NCBI GenBank assembly: GCA_038851075.1
Contig: JAWCLG010000009.1
Location: forward strand, 1-43,154
Reading direction: 5' to 3'
Length of the DNA: 43,154 nt
DNA from: Candidatus Hadarchaeales archaeon
GTDB lineage: Archaea; Hadarchaeota; Hadarchaeia; Hadarchaeales; Hadarchaeaceae
Part shown: positions 28,434 through 36,499 of the stretch, piece after piece
Position numbering within the stretch: position 1 is the stretch's first letter
Layout of the letters: every line of letters starts with the position of its first letter
Notes under the pieces: model-generated
Seen by the model: the letters and a program-made list of their open reading frames with translations, nothing else
Databases searched by the model: none
Told to the model about the DNA's origin: nothing
Translations under genes and position numbers: made by a program

Positions 28434-28739
28434 ATGTGGCTGGTCACAACACTGGTGGCGGCTGCAGCTGCCACGGTCGCATGGGGGCTATCCTCAAGTG
28501 GGTTCAGACGGAGCTGGAGGCTCAGCACGCTCGCTTTGATGCTATGGGGAGCTACGGTCATGATATTCATAGATCACATTTTGGGATATGGTGGCGGAGA
28601 ATTCCTTGAGTTCACAACCGAGGGATCAATCAACAGTGGAGCGCTGCTCGGTGCAGTCATGCTGGTGCCAGTTTTTGCGGTCTGGGGCGCTTTGGTGCTG
28701 ATAGCTAGGTTTCGCTCCAGCGGGCACAGGACACTTTGA
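28434..28739 (+). CDS. Small 3-TM membrane protein B, paralog of A
   Basis: MLWGATVMIFIDHILGY aligns with protein A; 1-nt gap after the stop of A. Confidence 0.75.
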   Translation: MWLVTTLVAAAAATVAWGLSSSGFRRSWRLSTLALMLWGATVMIFIDHILGYGGGEFLEFTTEGSINSGALLGAVMLVPVFAVWGALVLIARFRSSGHRTL

Positions 28740-28803
28740 GCCATCATAGCGAACGCGGAACGCATTTAACTATGGCAGGATACTGTTAGTTGGTGGGGTT
28801 CGG

Positions 28804-29067
28804 ATGAGCATGTCAGCTGAAAAGAGGCTAGTTGGTAGGGTAACCCACTACTTCACCAAGATCGGTGTAGCCGTGGTGGAGCTCAGCGACACGGTTTCTG
28901 TCGGGGACAGGATATCAATAGAGGGGGCGACGACCAACATACAGCAGACCGTGGAGTCCATGCAGATTGAGCACAACAACGTGAAAACCGCGAACGCCGG
29001 TGAGTCGATAGGTCTGAAGGTGAAGGACCGCGTCCGTGAAGGGGACATGGTCTACAAAATCTCCTGA
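28804..29067 (+). CDS. Small beta-barrel protein (EF-Tu domain II / U32 C-terminal-like)
   Basis: VGRVTHYFTKIGVAVVEL...VGDRI...SMQIEH...GLKV..RVREGD.VY. Confidence 0.8.
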   Translation: MSMSAEKRLVGRVTHYFTKIGVAVVELSDTVSVGDRISIEGATTNIQQTVESMQIEHNNVKTANAGESIGLKVKDRVREGDMVYKIS

Positions 29068-29174
29068 GCCGGTTTCGTTCTGGGTAAGCGCTGGTCTCGC
29101 GGCTGGGTCGTGCAGTGCAGCGAGTAATTTATATCCGGAGCCTAGTATATTGAGAGGAATTTCAGGGAGTTGCC

Positions 29175-30230
29175 ATGCTGGGAGGTAAAAAGACACGCGT
29201 GGTGGAAAAACGGGATTTCTCCGAGCTCATAGCCCGCATCATATCCTCCGGGACAGATGTGTACGCGCCCGTGAGGCAGGAGAACGGTGCCAATTTCAAG
29301 AGGATAAAATCAGTTGACGATGTCGTGTGGGGCAGGCCGCAGACCGTGATACCCCCCAAGTTCTTGATGTTTCCCCAGTCCGAAACGCTGTTAAAGTACG
29401 AGACGGACGGCGGGGTGAGCGTTTCACCCGTTGTGGAGTCCAGGCCGGCCGTGCTTCTCGGCGCCCACCCCTGCGACATCAACGCGATATTTCTGCTCGA
29501 TAAAGTGTTCTCTGAGAAGAACGTGGATGAGAACTATGTCAGGCGGAGGGAAAACGTGACGATAGTCGGGGTCGAGTGCCTGGAGCCGTGCTCGAATGAA
29601 TCGTTCTGCTCAAGGAAGGATTCGGCCATGCCCTGGGGCGGATACGACCTTTTCCTCACGGACATCGGTGACAGGTTTTACGTTGAGATAGGCACGAAGA
29701 AGGGCGAAACGTTTCTCGCCGGTTCCGGGAGAAAGCCGAGCGGAGATGAGAAGAGAAGATTGAAGATACAGAGGGAGAAAAAGGACAGGCTCTTCGACAG
29801 GAGACAGAAGAAGCTTAAGCCCGAGCTGAAGGATCTTCCGAAACTTCTGCGTGAGAGGTACGACAGTGAGGTCTGGAGGAAACGTGGCGAGAGGTGTCTC
29901 AGCTGCGGGTCCTGCAACATTGTGTGCCCGACCTGTTACTGTTTTGACGTTAGGGACTGTCTCGACCTCAACCTAAGAAACGGTGAGAGGTTCAGGAGCT
30001 GGGACGGGTGCATGCTCACCGATTTTACCAGGGTGGCCTCGGGTGAGGTATTCCGCGAGGACAGGGGGGCAAGGCTCAGGCACAGGACCAACAGAAAAGA
30101 CCTGTACCTGTTCGAGAAGTGGAAAAGAACGTTCTGCACCGGTTGCGGGAGGTGCAACACAGCCTGCCTCACCAAGATAGTAAGCCCGCTAGAGATAGAG
30201 AACGAGCTGTACGCGGAGGCCAGAAAATGA
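29175..30230 (+). CDS. hydB: Group 3b [NiFe]-hydrogenase beta subunit (Fe-S)
   Basis: HPCD, CLSCGSCNIVCPTCYCF, CTGCGRCNTAC. Confidence 0.9.
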   Translation: MLGGKKTRVVEKRDFSELIARIISSGTDVYAPVRQENGANFKRIKSVDDVVWGRPQTVIPPKFLMFPQSETLLKYETDGGVSVSPVVESRPAVLLGAHPCDINAIFLLDKVFSEKNVDENYVRRRENVTIVGVECLEPCSNESFCSRKDSAMPWGGYDLFLTDIGDRFYVEIGTKKGETFLAGSGRKPSGDEKRRLKIQREKKDRLFDRRQKKLKPELKDLPKLLRERYDSEVWRKRGERCLSCGSCNIVCPTCYCFDVRDCLDLNLRNGERFRSWDGCMLTDFTRVASGEVFREDRGARLRHRTNRKDLYLFEKWKRTFCTGCGRCNTACLTKIVSPLEIENELYAEARK

Positions 30231-31042
30231 CTTCATACGTGCCGGAAATCGCCAGAATAACTAAGGTCGAGGAGCTCACGGGAACAGAGAAGCTCTTCGG
30301 CGTAGAGCTGCAGTCTGGAAGAAAATTAGATTACAGTCCGGGACAGTTCGTTGAGGTGTCCGTCTTCGGCGTCGGTGAGGCGCCAATATCCATATCCTCC
30401 GCACCATCCGGGGGTTCTGAGTTCGAGCTCTGCGTGAGAGCCATAGGAAACGTAACCGGTGCGCTTCACAGGAAGAAGGCCGGGGACCTCATAGGCATAA
30501 GGGGTCCGTTCGGGCGCGGTTTTGACCTGAGGGACTTTAAGGGAAAGGACGTGCTTTTCATAGCGGGAGGGCTCGGGCTGGCTCCGCTTAGGTCCCTCAT
30601 CTGGTCGGTCCTGAACTCAAGGAAGAACTTCAGAGAGGTGTTCATTCTTTACGGGGCAAGGAGGCCTCAGGAGCTGCTCTTCAGGAACGAGCTGGAGATG
30701 TGGGAGAAAAGGGATGATGTGAAATACCTTGTGACAGTTGATGTTGCGGACGAGACCTGGAAGGGAAATGTGGGGGTGATAACGACGCTGATACCTCAGG
30801 TTGAGTTCAATCCAAAAAGGACCCGTGCGGTGATAGTCGGTCCGCCGATCATGTACAGGTTTGTGATAAAGTCACTCAAGGAGAGAGGAATGCCCGATGA
30901 GAACATATGGATGTCGCTAGAGAGGAAGATGAAGTGCGGCCTTGGAAAGTGTGGGCACTGTCAGATGAACCACCTTTACGTGTGCCAGGACGGTCCGGTG
31001 TTCAGGTACGACGAGGTGAATGAAATCCCGGAGGCGATATGA
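30227..31042 (+). CDS. hydG: Group 3b hydrogenase gamma subunit (FAD/NAD(P), 2Fe-2S)
   Basis: PGQFV, GEAPIS, RGPFGRGF, AGGLGLAP, ERKMKCGLGKCGHC...CQDGP; ATGA overlap. Confidence 0.92.
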   Translation: MTSYVPEIARITKVEELTGTEKLFGVELQSGRKLDYSPGQFVEVSVFGVGEAPISISSAPSGGSEFELCVRAIGNVTGALHRKKAGDLIGIRGPFGRGFDLRDFKGKDVLFIAGGLGLAPLRSLIWSVLNSRKNFREVFILYGARRPQELLFRNELEMWEKRDDVKYLVTVDVADETWKGNVGVITTLIPQVEFNPKRTRAVIVGPPIMYRFVIKSLKERGMPDENIWMSLERKMKCGLGKCGHCQMNHLYVCQDGPVFRYDEVNEIPEAI

Positions 31043-31782
31043 TGAAGCCAAAGGTCGGATTCTTTGACTTCGCCTGCTGCGAGGGTTGCCAGCTGACCGT
31101 GCTGTCTGTTGGCGAAAGGCTGTTGGATCTGGTTAACTCGGTAGATATAGTCAACTTCAGGGAAGCGTCGAGTTTCATCGGTCACGACTACGACATAGCT
31201 TTCATAGAGGGGTCGGTTGCAAAGCCCGCAGATATAGACAGGCTCAAGGAAATCAGGAGAAATGCGAAGATATGCGTTGCTCTCGGGGCATGCGCACACA
31301 CCGCCGGAGTAAACGCGATAAGGAACTTTCACAATCAGGCCGAGGTGAAGAAGAGGGTCTACGGTGATAAGGCATGGGTTTTCGATACGGTCCTCGCGCA
31401 GCCGATCGACGCGGTGATAAAGGTTGAATACTTCATACCGGGCTGTCCGATAGACAAGGACGAGCTGCTCAGGGTCATACCGGCAATAGCAAGCGGGGTC
31501 AGGCCATACATACCGGATCATCCGGTCTGTGTCGAGTGCAAGATGAAGGGCAACGTGTGTCTTTACCACAAGCCGAACAAGATCATCTGTATGGGTCCGA
31601 TCACGAGGGCTGGGTGCGGTGCCATATGCACATCAGCCGGAAACGCGTGTGAGGGCTGCAGGGGCCTTGTCTCCGATCCAAACACAAGGGCTTTCGAGGA
31701 AGTTCTTGATGAGCACGGGGTTTCTCTTGAGGACAGGATCAGATTCTACAGAATGTACAACGGGCTGATGGGGGTGAGGTGA
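31039..31782 (+). CDS. hydD: Group 3b hydrogenase delta (small) subunit
   Basis: CCEGC, EGSV, GACA, PGCP, CVEC, CMGP...C...CEGCRG. Confidence 0.92.
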   Translation: MMKPKVGFFDFACCEGCQLTVLSVGERLLDLVNSVDIVNFREASSFIGHDYDIAFIEGSVAKPADIDRLKEIRRNAKICVALGACAHTAGVNAIRNFHNQAEVKKRVYGDKAWVFDTVLAQPIDAVIKVEYFIPGCPIDKDELLRVIPAIASGVRPYIPDHPVCVECKMKGNVCLYHKPNKIICMGPITRAGCGAICTSAGNACEGCRGLVSDPNTRAFEEVLDEHGVSLEDRIRFYRMYNGLMGVR

Positions 31783-33113
31783 TGAACGGAAAGGACGTTG
31801 AAATAAATGTTCACCACGTGACGAGGGTTGAGGGGCACGGAAACATAGTGGTCGACGTGAAGAACGGTGAGCTGAAGGAGGTCAGGCTCGACATAGTCGA
31901 GTCTCCCAGGTTCTTCGAGGCGATGTTGTCGGGCAGACGCTTTCCGGAGGCGGTCCACATCACGAGCAGGATATGCGGGATATGCGCTGTCTCACACACC
32001 CACGCCTCCGTGAGGGCACTTGAGGACGCGCTCGGCATAAAACCGACACAGCAGACCGAGGCCCTCAGGAGGGTGCTGACAGCGGCGGAGATGCTGGACT
32101 CACACGCACTGCACGCCTTCATGCTGGCGGCACCGGACTTTTTCAACGTGCCCTCAGTAATACCGCTTGCGTCCACCGCCCCGGAGGTGGTGAAGATGGC
32201 GATAAGGATGAAGAAGCTCGCGCACGATGTATGCGACGCGATCGCCGGGCGCCATACGCATCCGATCTCAATAGCGATTGACGGGTTCACGAGCCTGGTC
32301 ACGGAGGAGCAGCTGAAATCAATGCTCGGCAAGGTTAAGGAGATGATAAGGGAGGATGTGCCGAGGATGATCGACTTCTTCGCTGGATTGAAGTTCCCAG
32401 ACTTTGAGAGAAAGACCGACTACACCTCCCTCACAAGCAGGAGCGAGTACGCAATGTACGATGGCATAATACGTTCTTCGGAGACAGGAGAGTACAAGCA
32501 CAGGGATTACAGGATGAAGATATCAGAGCGAGTGATGGACCACTCGACCGCCAAGCACGCCATGGGGCCACACAGGCCCTACATGGTGGGCGCGTTGTCG
32601 AGGCTCAACAACAACTTTAATCAGCTGACTCCCGGAGCCAGGGAAGCAGCTGAGAGGCTCGGGCTCAGAGTCCCTGTTCACAACCCGTTTAAGATAACTC
32701 TGGCCCAGGTGGTTGAAATTGTTCACTGCCTGGAGTGGATGTCTTCACTGATCGAGGATCTCCTGGCGACCGGGATAAAGGACGAGCGTGCTGAGAGACC
32801 GCCCATATCCGGATGGTCCGCCAAGTTGCCGAAGGTCAACAGGTGCTGGGGAGTTGGGGTGACCGAGGCTCCGAGGGGGCTACTTGTGCACGAGTATCGC
32901 ATAAACAAAGATGGACTGATCGAATCCGCTAACTGCGTGATCCCCACCGCCCAGAATCTGGCGAACATTGAGGCGGACATGAGAGAACTCGTTCCGCTGA
33001 TCGTGGACAGGCCCAAGGATGAGATAAGGTTGATGCTTGAGATGCTGGTTAGGGCATACGATCCGTGCATATCTTGTTCAACGCATATGCTGGAGGTGAA
33101 GTTGGTTGAGTAA
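31779..33113 (+). CDS. hydA: Group 3b [NiFe]-hydrogenase alpha (large) subunit
   Basis: RVEGHG, RICGICAVSH, EAPRG, DPCISCSTH plus a cleavable tail. Confidence 0.95.
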   Translation: MMNGKDVEINVHHVTRVEGHGNIVVDVKNGELKEVRLDIVESPRFFEAMLSGRRFPEAVHITSRICGICAVSHTHASVRALEDALGIKPTQQTEALRRVLTAAEMLDSHALHAFMLAAPDFFNVPSVIPLASTAPEVVKMAIRMKKLAHDVCDAIAGRHTHPISIAIDGFTSLVTEEQLKSMLGKVKEMIREDVPRMIDFFAGLKFPDFERKTDYTSLTSRSEYAMYDGIIRSSETGEYKHRDYRMKISERVMDHSTAKHAMGPHRPYMVGALSRLNNNFNQLTPGAREAAERLGLRVPVHNPFKITLAQVVEIVHCLEWMSSLIEDLLATGIKDERAERPPISGWSAKLPKVNRCWGVGVTEAPRGLLVHEYRINKDGLIESANCVIPTAQNLANIEADMRELVPLIVDRPKDEIRLMLEMLVRAYDPCISCSTHMLEVKLVE

Positions 33114-33609
33114 GGGCAAGCTGGTTGTGGGGCTCGGCAACGTTCTGATGAGGGACGATGGAACCGGGGTACAGCTGGTGAGGCAGCTGAGGTCGCTGGG
33201 CATTGACGGTGAGGTCAGGCTGTTGGAGGGAGCGACGCTTGGTTTCGACATACTGGACGAGATCGAGGGATACGAGAAAGTGGTAATAGTCGATGCGGTG
33301 GATATGGGTAAGGAACCGGGACACGTTGCGGTGTTCGATGCTGAGCGTCTGATAGAGCAGGAGAGCGGCAAAAAGTTCTCAGCCCATGAGATAGGACTCA
33401 TAGAGGTGCTCCAGGTGGCGAAGAGGATAGGGTACAGCTTTGGCAACGTCACCGTGGTTGGGATACAGCCGGCGGAGGTCTGCCCCGGATGCGGAATAAC
33501 AGAGCCGGTGAGGAGCAGCTTCCCCGAGGCTGTGGAAAGGATTTTAATCCTGCTTGGGATAAATCATCGGGTAGGAGGTAAGGATGATGGCGGAAAAAGT
33601 GACTCCTGA
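33106..33609 (+). CDS. Hydrogenase maturation protease (HycI/HybD family)
   Basis: VGLGNVLMRDDGTG, IVDAV, SAHE. Confidence 0.92.
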   Translation: MSKGKLVVGLGNVLMRDDGTGVQLVRQLRSLGIDGEVRLLEGATLGFDILDEIEGYEKVVIVDAVDMGKEPGHVAVFDAERLIEQESGKKFSAHEIGLIEVLQVAKRIGYSFGNVTVVGIQPAEVCPGCGITEPVRSSFPEAVERILILLGINHRVGGKDDGGKSDS

Positions 33610-34045
33610 TATGCTGAAAAAGATGGACATTTTTGAGTTCGTTGGAAAGGAAGAACTGAAAAAGATAGCTGAGATAGCGGAGATCGAGGAGTTCGAGCCC
33701 GGAGAATACGTGTTCAGGGACGGAGACATCGGAAAGAAAATATACGTTGTGCTCGAGGGGAGGGTCTCTGTTGAGATACCCGTTGGATCTGGTAAGACGG
33801 TTCAGGTTTACACAATGACGAAGTGGAGGTTCTTTGGATACCCGTCGCTGTTGAGGGACAAAAAGTTCACCACCAACGCGAGGTGCCTTGACAGGGTTAA
33901 GGTGGTCAGCATTCCCGCGGACGGGCTGGAAGAGATTTTCAAGGAGAACTGCACCTGCGGCTACCTGGTTATGAAAAGGGTCGCCGAACTCATCGCGCAG
34001 AAGCTCAGAGATACGAGAATGCAGCTCATCTCCTGCTCCAGCTGA
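33584..34045 (+). CDS. Stand-alone cyclic nucleotide-binding domain protein
   Basis: FEPGEYVFRDGD....YVVLEGRV...FFGYPSL...TNARC; no HTH. Confidence 0.85.
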   Translation: MMAEKVTPDMLKKMDIFEFVGKEELKKIAEIAEIEEFEPGEYVFRDGDIGKKIYVVLEGRVSVEIPVGSGKTVQVYTMTKWRFFGYPSLLRDKKFTTNARCLDRVKVVSIPADGLEEIFKENCTCGYLVMKRVAELIAQKLRDTRMQLISCSS

Positions 34046-34053
34046 TTTCGTTA

Positions 34054-34079
34054 GTGACCGGGTCACCGTGCGCTTTTTT
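34054..34079 (+). terminator. Probable terminator of the hydrogenase operon (short inverted repeat GTGACC/GGTCAC then T6)
   Basis: Lies between convergent genes; oligo-T at 34074-34079. Confidence 0.4.
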
Positions 34080-34100
34080 AAAGATCGTGAAAGGGAGGGG

Positions 34101-35069
34101 TCAGGTCTCTTCAGAGTCATTCAGTGCGAGGACCGGAGCCTTTTCGGTTCCCCAAGAGAAAACCCGGTCGATGAGGCTTTTGACTTTATTCGGGGTTACT
34201 TCTCCCATCTCGGTGATTATGGTTTCTATGTATTTTGGGGGCGTGATGTCAAATGCGGGATTTCTTATTGTAGCACCGGGGAACTTTGCTGGATCGACCA
34301 CCTCTGATGGATCCCTCTCTTCTATCGTGATTTCATCTATGCTGGCGGATCCGGGATGTAACTTGTAGGTCTCGGCCGCCACGGTGAAAGGAACTCCCGC
34401 CTCATGGGCTGCGAGAGCTATCTGTGATGTTCCGATCTTGTTCACCAGAGTACCGTTCGCCATTATGACATCGGCGCCGACAACTACCCTGTCGATGTGT
34501 TTCATGAAGAACCTCACTGCGGAGTCGACTATTAGCGTGCACGGAATTTTGTTCGAGGTGAGATATCTTATTGTTATGAAACCTTGCCTCCTCGGCCTGG
34601 ATTCCGTTGCGAAAACATGGATCGATTTTCTCTGAAGGTGCGCCGTTTTTATCACGGATAGGGCACACTCGCTGTTGCAGTGCGTGAGGATTGCGTCTCC
34701 GTTCCTTATCTTTCTGGCGCCCGTTTCGCCGATGAACTTGACGGCGTGGAGAGAGTTTCTGATGAAATCGTCTGCTCTCCGCATAACGGCTTTTCTCAAT
34801 TCTTCCACTCCGGCGGATTTCATGGTCTCAATCGGAAGCGAGACGAACCGGATGGCGTTTGGCAGCGAGACTGCGGTCGGCCTGGTTTTTAGGAGAGTTC
34901 TGGAAACGTTGTCCATCTCTCTTTTGAACTCTGAGGGTGTTTTTGCCTTGGAGCTTCTAGCCGCGATCTTCAGCGCACCGGCAGCGGACCTCGCTATTCT
35001 GCCTGCGCCCCTGACCTTCATGGTCCGGATGTCCCGTGCTATTCTGATGACCTCTGGATGAACGCTCAT
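34101..35069 (-). CDS. Ribose-1,5-bisphosphate isomerase (eIF2B family)
   Basis: VRGAGRIA, TRPTAVSL, LTHCNS, ESRP, GAD, NKIGT, NPAFD; TTTTATAA about 30 nt upstream (leaderless). Confidence 0.85.
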   Translation of the reverse strand: MSVHPEVIRIARDIRTMKVRGAGRIARSAAGALKIAARSSKAKTPSEFKREMDNVSRTLLKTRPTAVSLPNAIRFVSLPIETMKSAGVEELRKAVMRRADDFIRNSLHAVKFIGETGARKIRNGDAILTHCNSECALSVIKTAHLQRKSIHVFATESRPRRQGFITIRYLTSNKIPCTLIVDSAVRFFMKHIDRVVVGADVIMANGTLVNKIGTSQIALAAHEAGVPFTVAAETYKLHPGSASIDEITIEERDPSEVVDPAKFPGATIRNPAFDITPPKYIETIITEMGEVTPNKVKSLIDRVFSWGTEKAPVLALNDSEET

Positions 35070-35092
35070 ACAGATTTAACTGGGCGCCTCTT

Positions 35093-35305
35093 TTATAAAA
35101 CAGAGCGACGTTCATCATCGTTTTTTTGACCAGGTCCGGTGTTTCGTGTGGGCCCCCCTATTTTCATCCGTGTCCGATGCATCCATGCCCCCTGCTTTAT
35201 GCTCTCGAGCGGAGGCCTCACCATCCGCCTACACTTTCTTTTGAAGCATATCCCGCTGGCTCGCTTCCTGCACCCGTGATAGGAGCAGACGAATACTTCC
35301 TCCAC
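35093..35305 (-). CDS. Small Cys-rich ORF, possibly a degenerate zinc finger
   Basis: CSYHGC...C....C at the N-terminus; follows the HTH gene by 4 nt; 3' part runs into the R15Pi promoter. Confidence 0.3.
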   Translation of the reverse strand: MEEVFVCSYHGCRKRASGICFKRKCRRMVRPPLESIKQGAWMHRTRMKIGGPTRNTGPGQKNDDERRSVL

Positions 35306-35309
35306 CAGA

Positions 35310-35957
35310 TCATCTCTCCTGCCCCGCAGTTTCTCCGATTCTTTTGACAGCCTCCTCGATGGCAGTTGCCGGTCCGTTGCCGAGGATTCTTATTCCTTCG
35401 CCCCACTTCTCCAGCAAATCTATCAGTTCCTTTACTTCGCGCCTGACAGCTTTTCCTGCCCGCAGGTCCGCCGACCCAAGCGACTCCTCGAAACAGTAGA
35501 TCGAGCCCCAGATCGTGCGCCTGGGATATAGTCCGTTATCCATCTCTTCGATCAGATACTCGTAATAGTGCCTTAGCAGTTCTCTGAATGTCCTATTCTT
35601 TCGCAGGGCGTCGAAGACCTCCCTCATACTTTCTCTCGTTCGCTCCAGCTCTCCGCGCCTTTCTGGGTCCCCCTCATTTTTAACCGCACTTTCGAGAACC
35701 TTTGGGGCGTAGGCGTGGTTCAGAAATTCATCCGCGAACTTTTTCCAGTTTATGCTGTAGGGCTGTGTCTTTCCGATCTTCTCCTCCCTCTCGATCAGAC
35801 CTATGTCCCTGAGCCTGTTCAGGTTCTCGACCACGCTGGGCGGTTGCTGGTCCTCAAGCGCGTCCGATATCTCCTTCGGTGTCGAGCGTCCAGCGACCAG
35901 CTTGAAGAACACGTTCGAAACACCCACGCTTGCAAACGGATCCAGCGGTTCCCTCAA
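35310..35957 (-). CDS. Winged-HTH transcriptional regulator with a helical C-terminal domain
   Basis: STPKEISDAL...SVVENLNRLRDIGLIER......YSINW; SD GGAGGG before TTG. Confidence 0.8.
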   Translation of the reverse strand: MREPLDPFASVGVSNVFFKLVAGRSTPKEISDALEDQQPPSVVENLNRLRDIGLIEREEKIGKTQPYSINWKKFADEFLNHAYAPKVLESAVKNEGDPERRGELERTRESMREVFDALRKNRTFRELLRHYYEYLIEEMDNGLYPRRTIWGSIYCFEESLGSADLRAGKAVRREVKELIDLLEKWGEGIRILGNGPATAIEEAVKRIGETAGQER

Positions 35958-35974
35958 GTGACCCTCCCTTCTTC

Positions 35975-36030
35975 CTTATAATATAAGTAATATAAACCTA
36001 ACGATTAGGCTAAACCTAATATATTTAAAT
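35975..36030. promoter_or_regulatory. AT-rich divergent promoter with nested CCTAA/TTAGG inverted and direct repeats
   Basis: TAAACCTAA at 35993 and 36011; CCTAA-CGA-TTAGG at 35997-36009; TTAGG-CTAAA-CCTAA at 36005-36019; CTTATA-A-TATAAG at 35975-35987; TTTAAATA at 36024. Confidence 0.55.
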
Positions 36031-36063
36031 ACCAGAAGAGCGCAGTAGTATTGGTGTCTCATT

Positions 36064-36444
36064 ATGGAGATCGATTTGTCGGACCTACACTCTGAACCAT
36101 CGAGGCCGGACAGATATGGTGCGCCTCACATACCGCTGGGCTGCATGGCGCTCAGAATGCTGGAGTATATGGTGATGAAGGAAGGAGACAGTCCGTTCAC
36201 GGTTTATCATCTCATGAGGTTCTGCCCAGGAAGGTGGCTCAGGAGGGACAGGGTGCGTGAGATGCTCGGGATGCTGATGGAGAGGGGATGGGTTGAGGCA
36301 CTACCTGGTGTTCCGGGGAGGGGCGGGAGCGTGACCACGCGATATCGTGCCACCGAGAAAGGCAGGGGAATGGTGCAGAGGTCGCGTGACGTGGTGGAGT
36401 TCGTTCTCTCTTCAGGGGAATGGAGAAAAAGAGTTCACCCGTGA
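36064..36444 (+). CDS. Small winged-HTH protein (PadR/MarR-like)
   Basis: RVREMLGMLMERGWVE...RYRATEKG. Confidence 0.65.
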   Translation: MEIDLSDLHSEPSRPDRYGAPHIPLGCMALRMLEYMVMKEGDSPFTVYHLMRFCPGRWLRRDRVREMLGMLMERGWVEALPGVPGRGGSVTTRYRATEKGRGMVQRSRDVVEFVLSSGEWRKRVHP

Positions 36445-36499
36445 AATCTTTTGATTCCGTGGTTTTATGCGTCATGACATAATAGTTGGAGGAAATCGC

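Noticed and set aside
29124-29151. Second NikR-like site (GTAATT-N16-TATATT) at the hydrogenase promoter
   Set aside because: The right half-site matches only 3 of 6 positions and the match is explained by the AT-rich TATA region
33050-33113. Selenocysteine in the hydrogenase large subunit
   Set aside because: The C-terminal motif is DPCISC with ordinary Cys codons and no in-frame TGA
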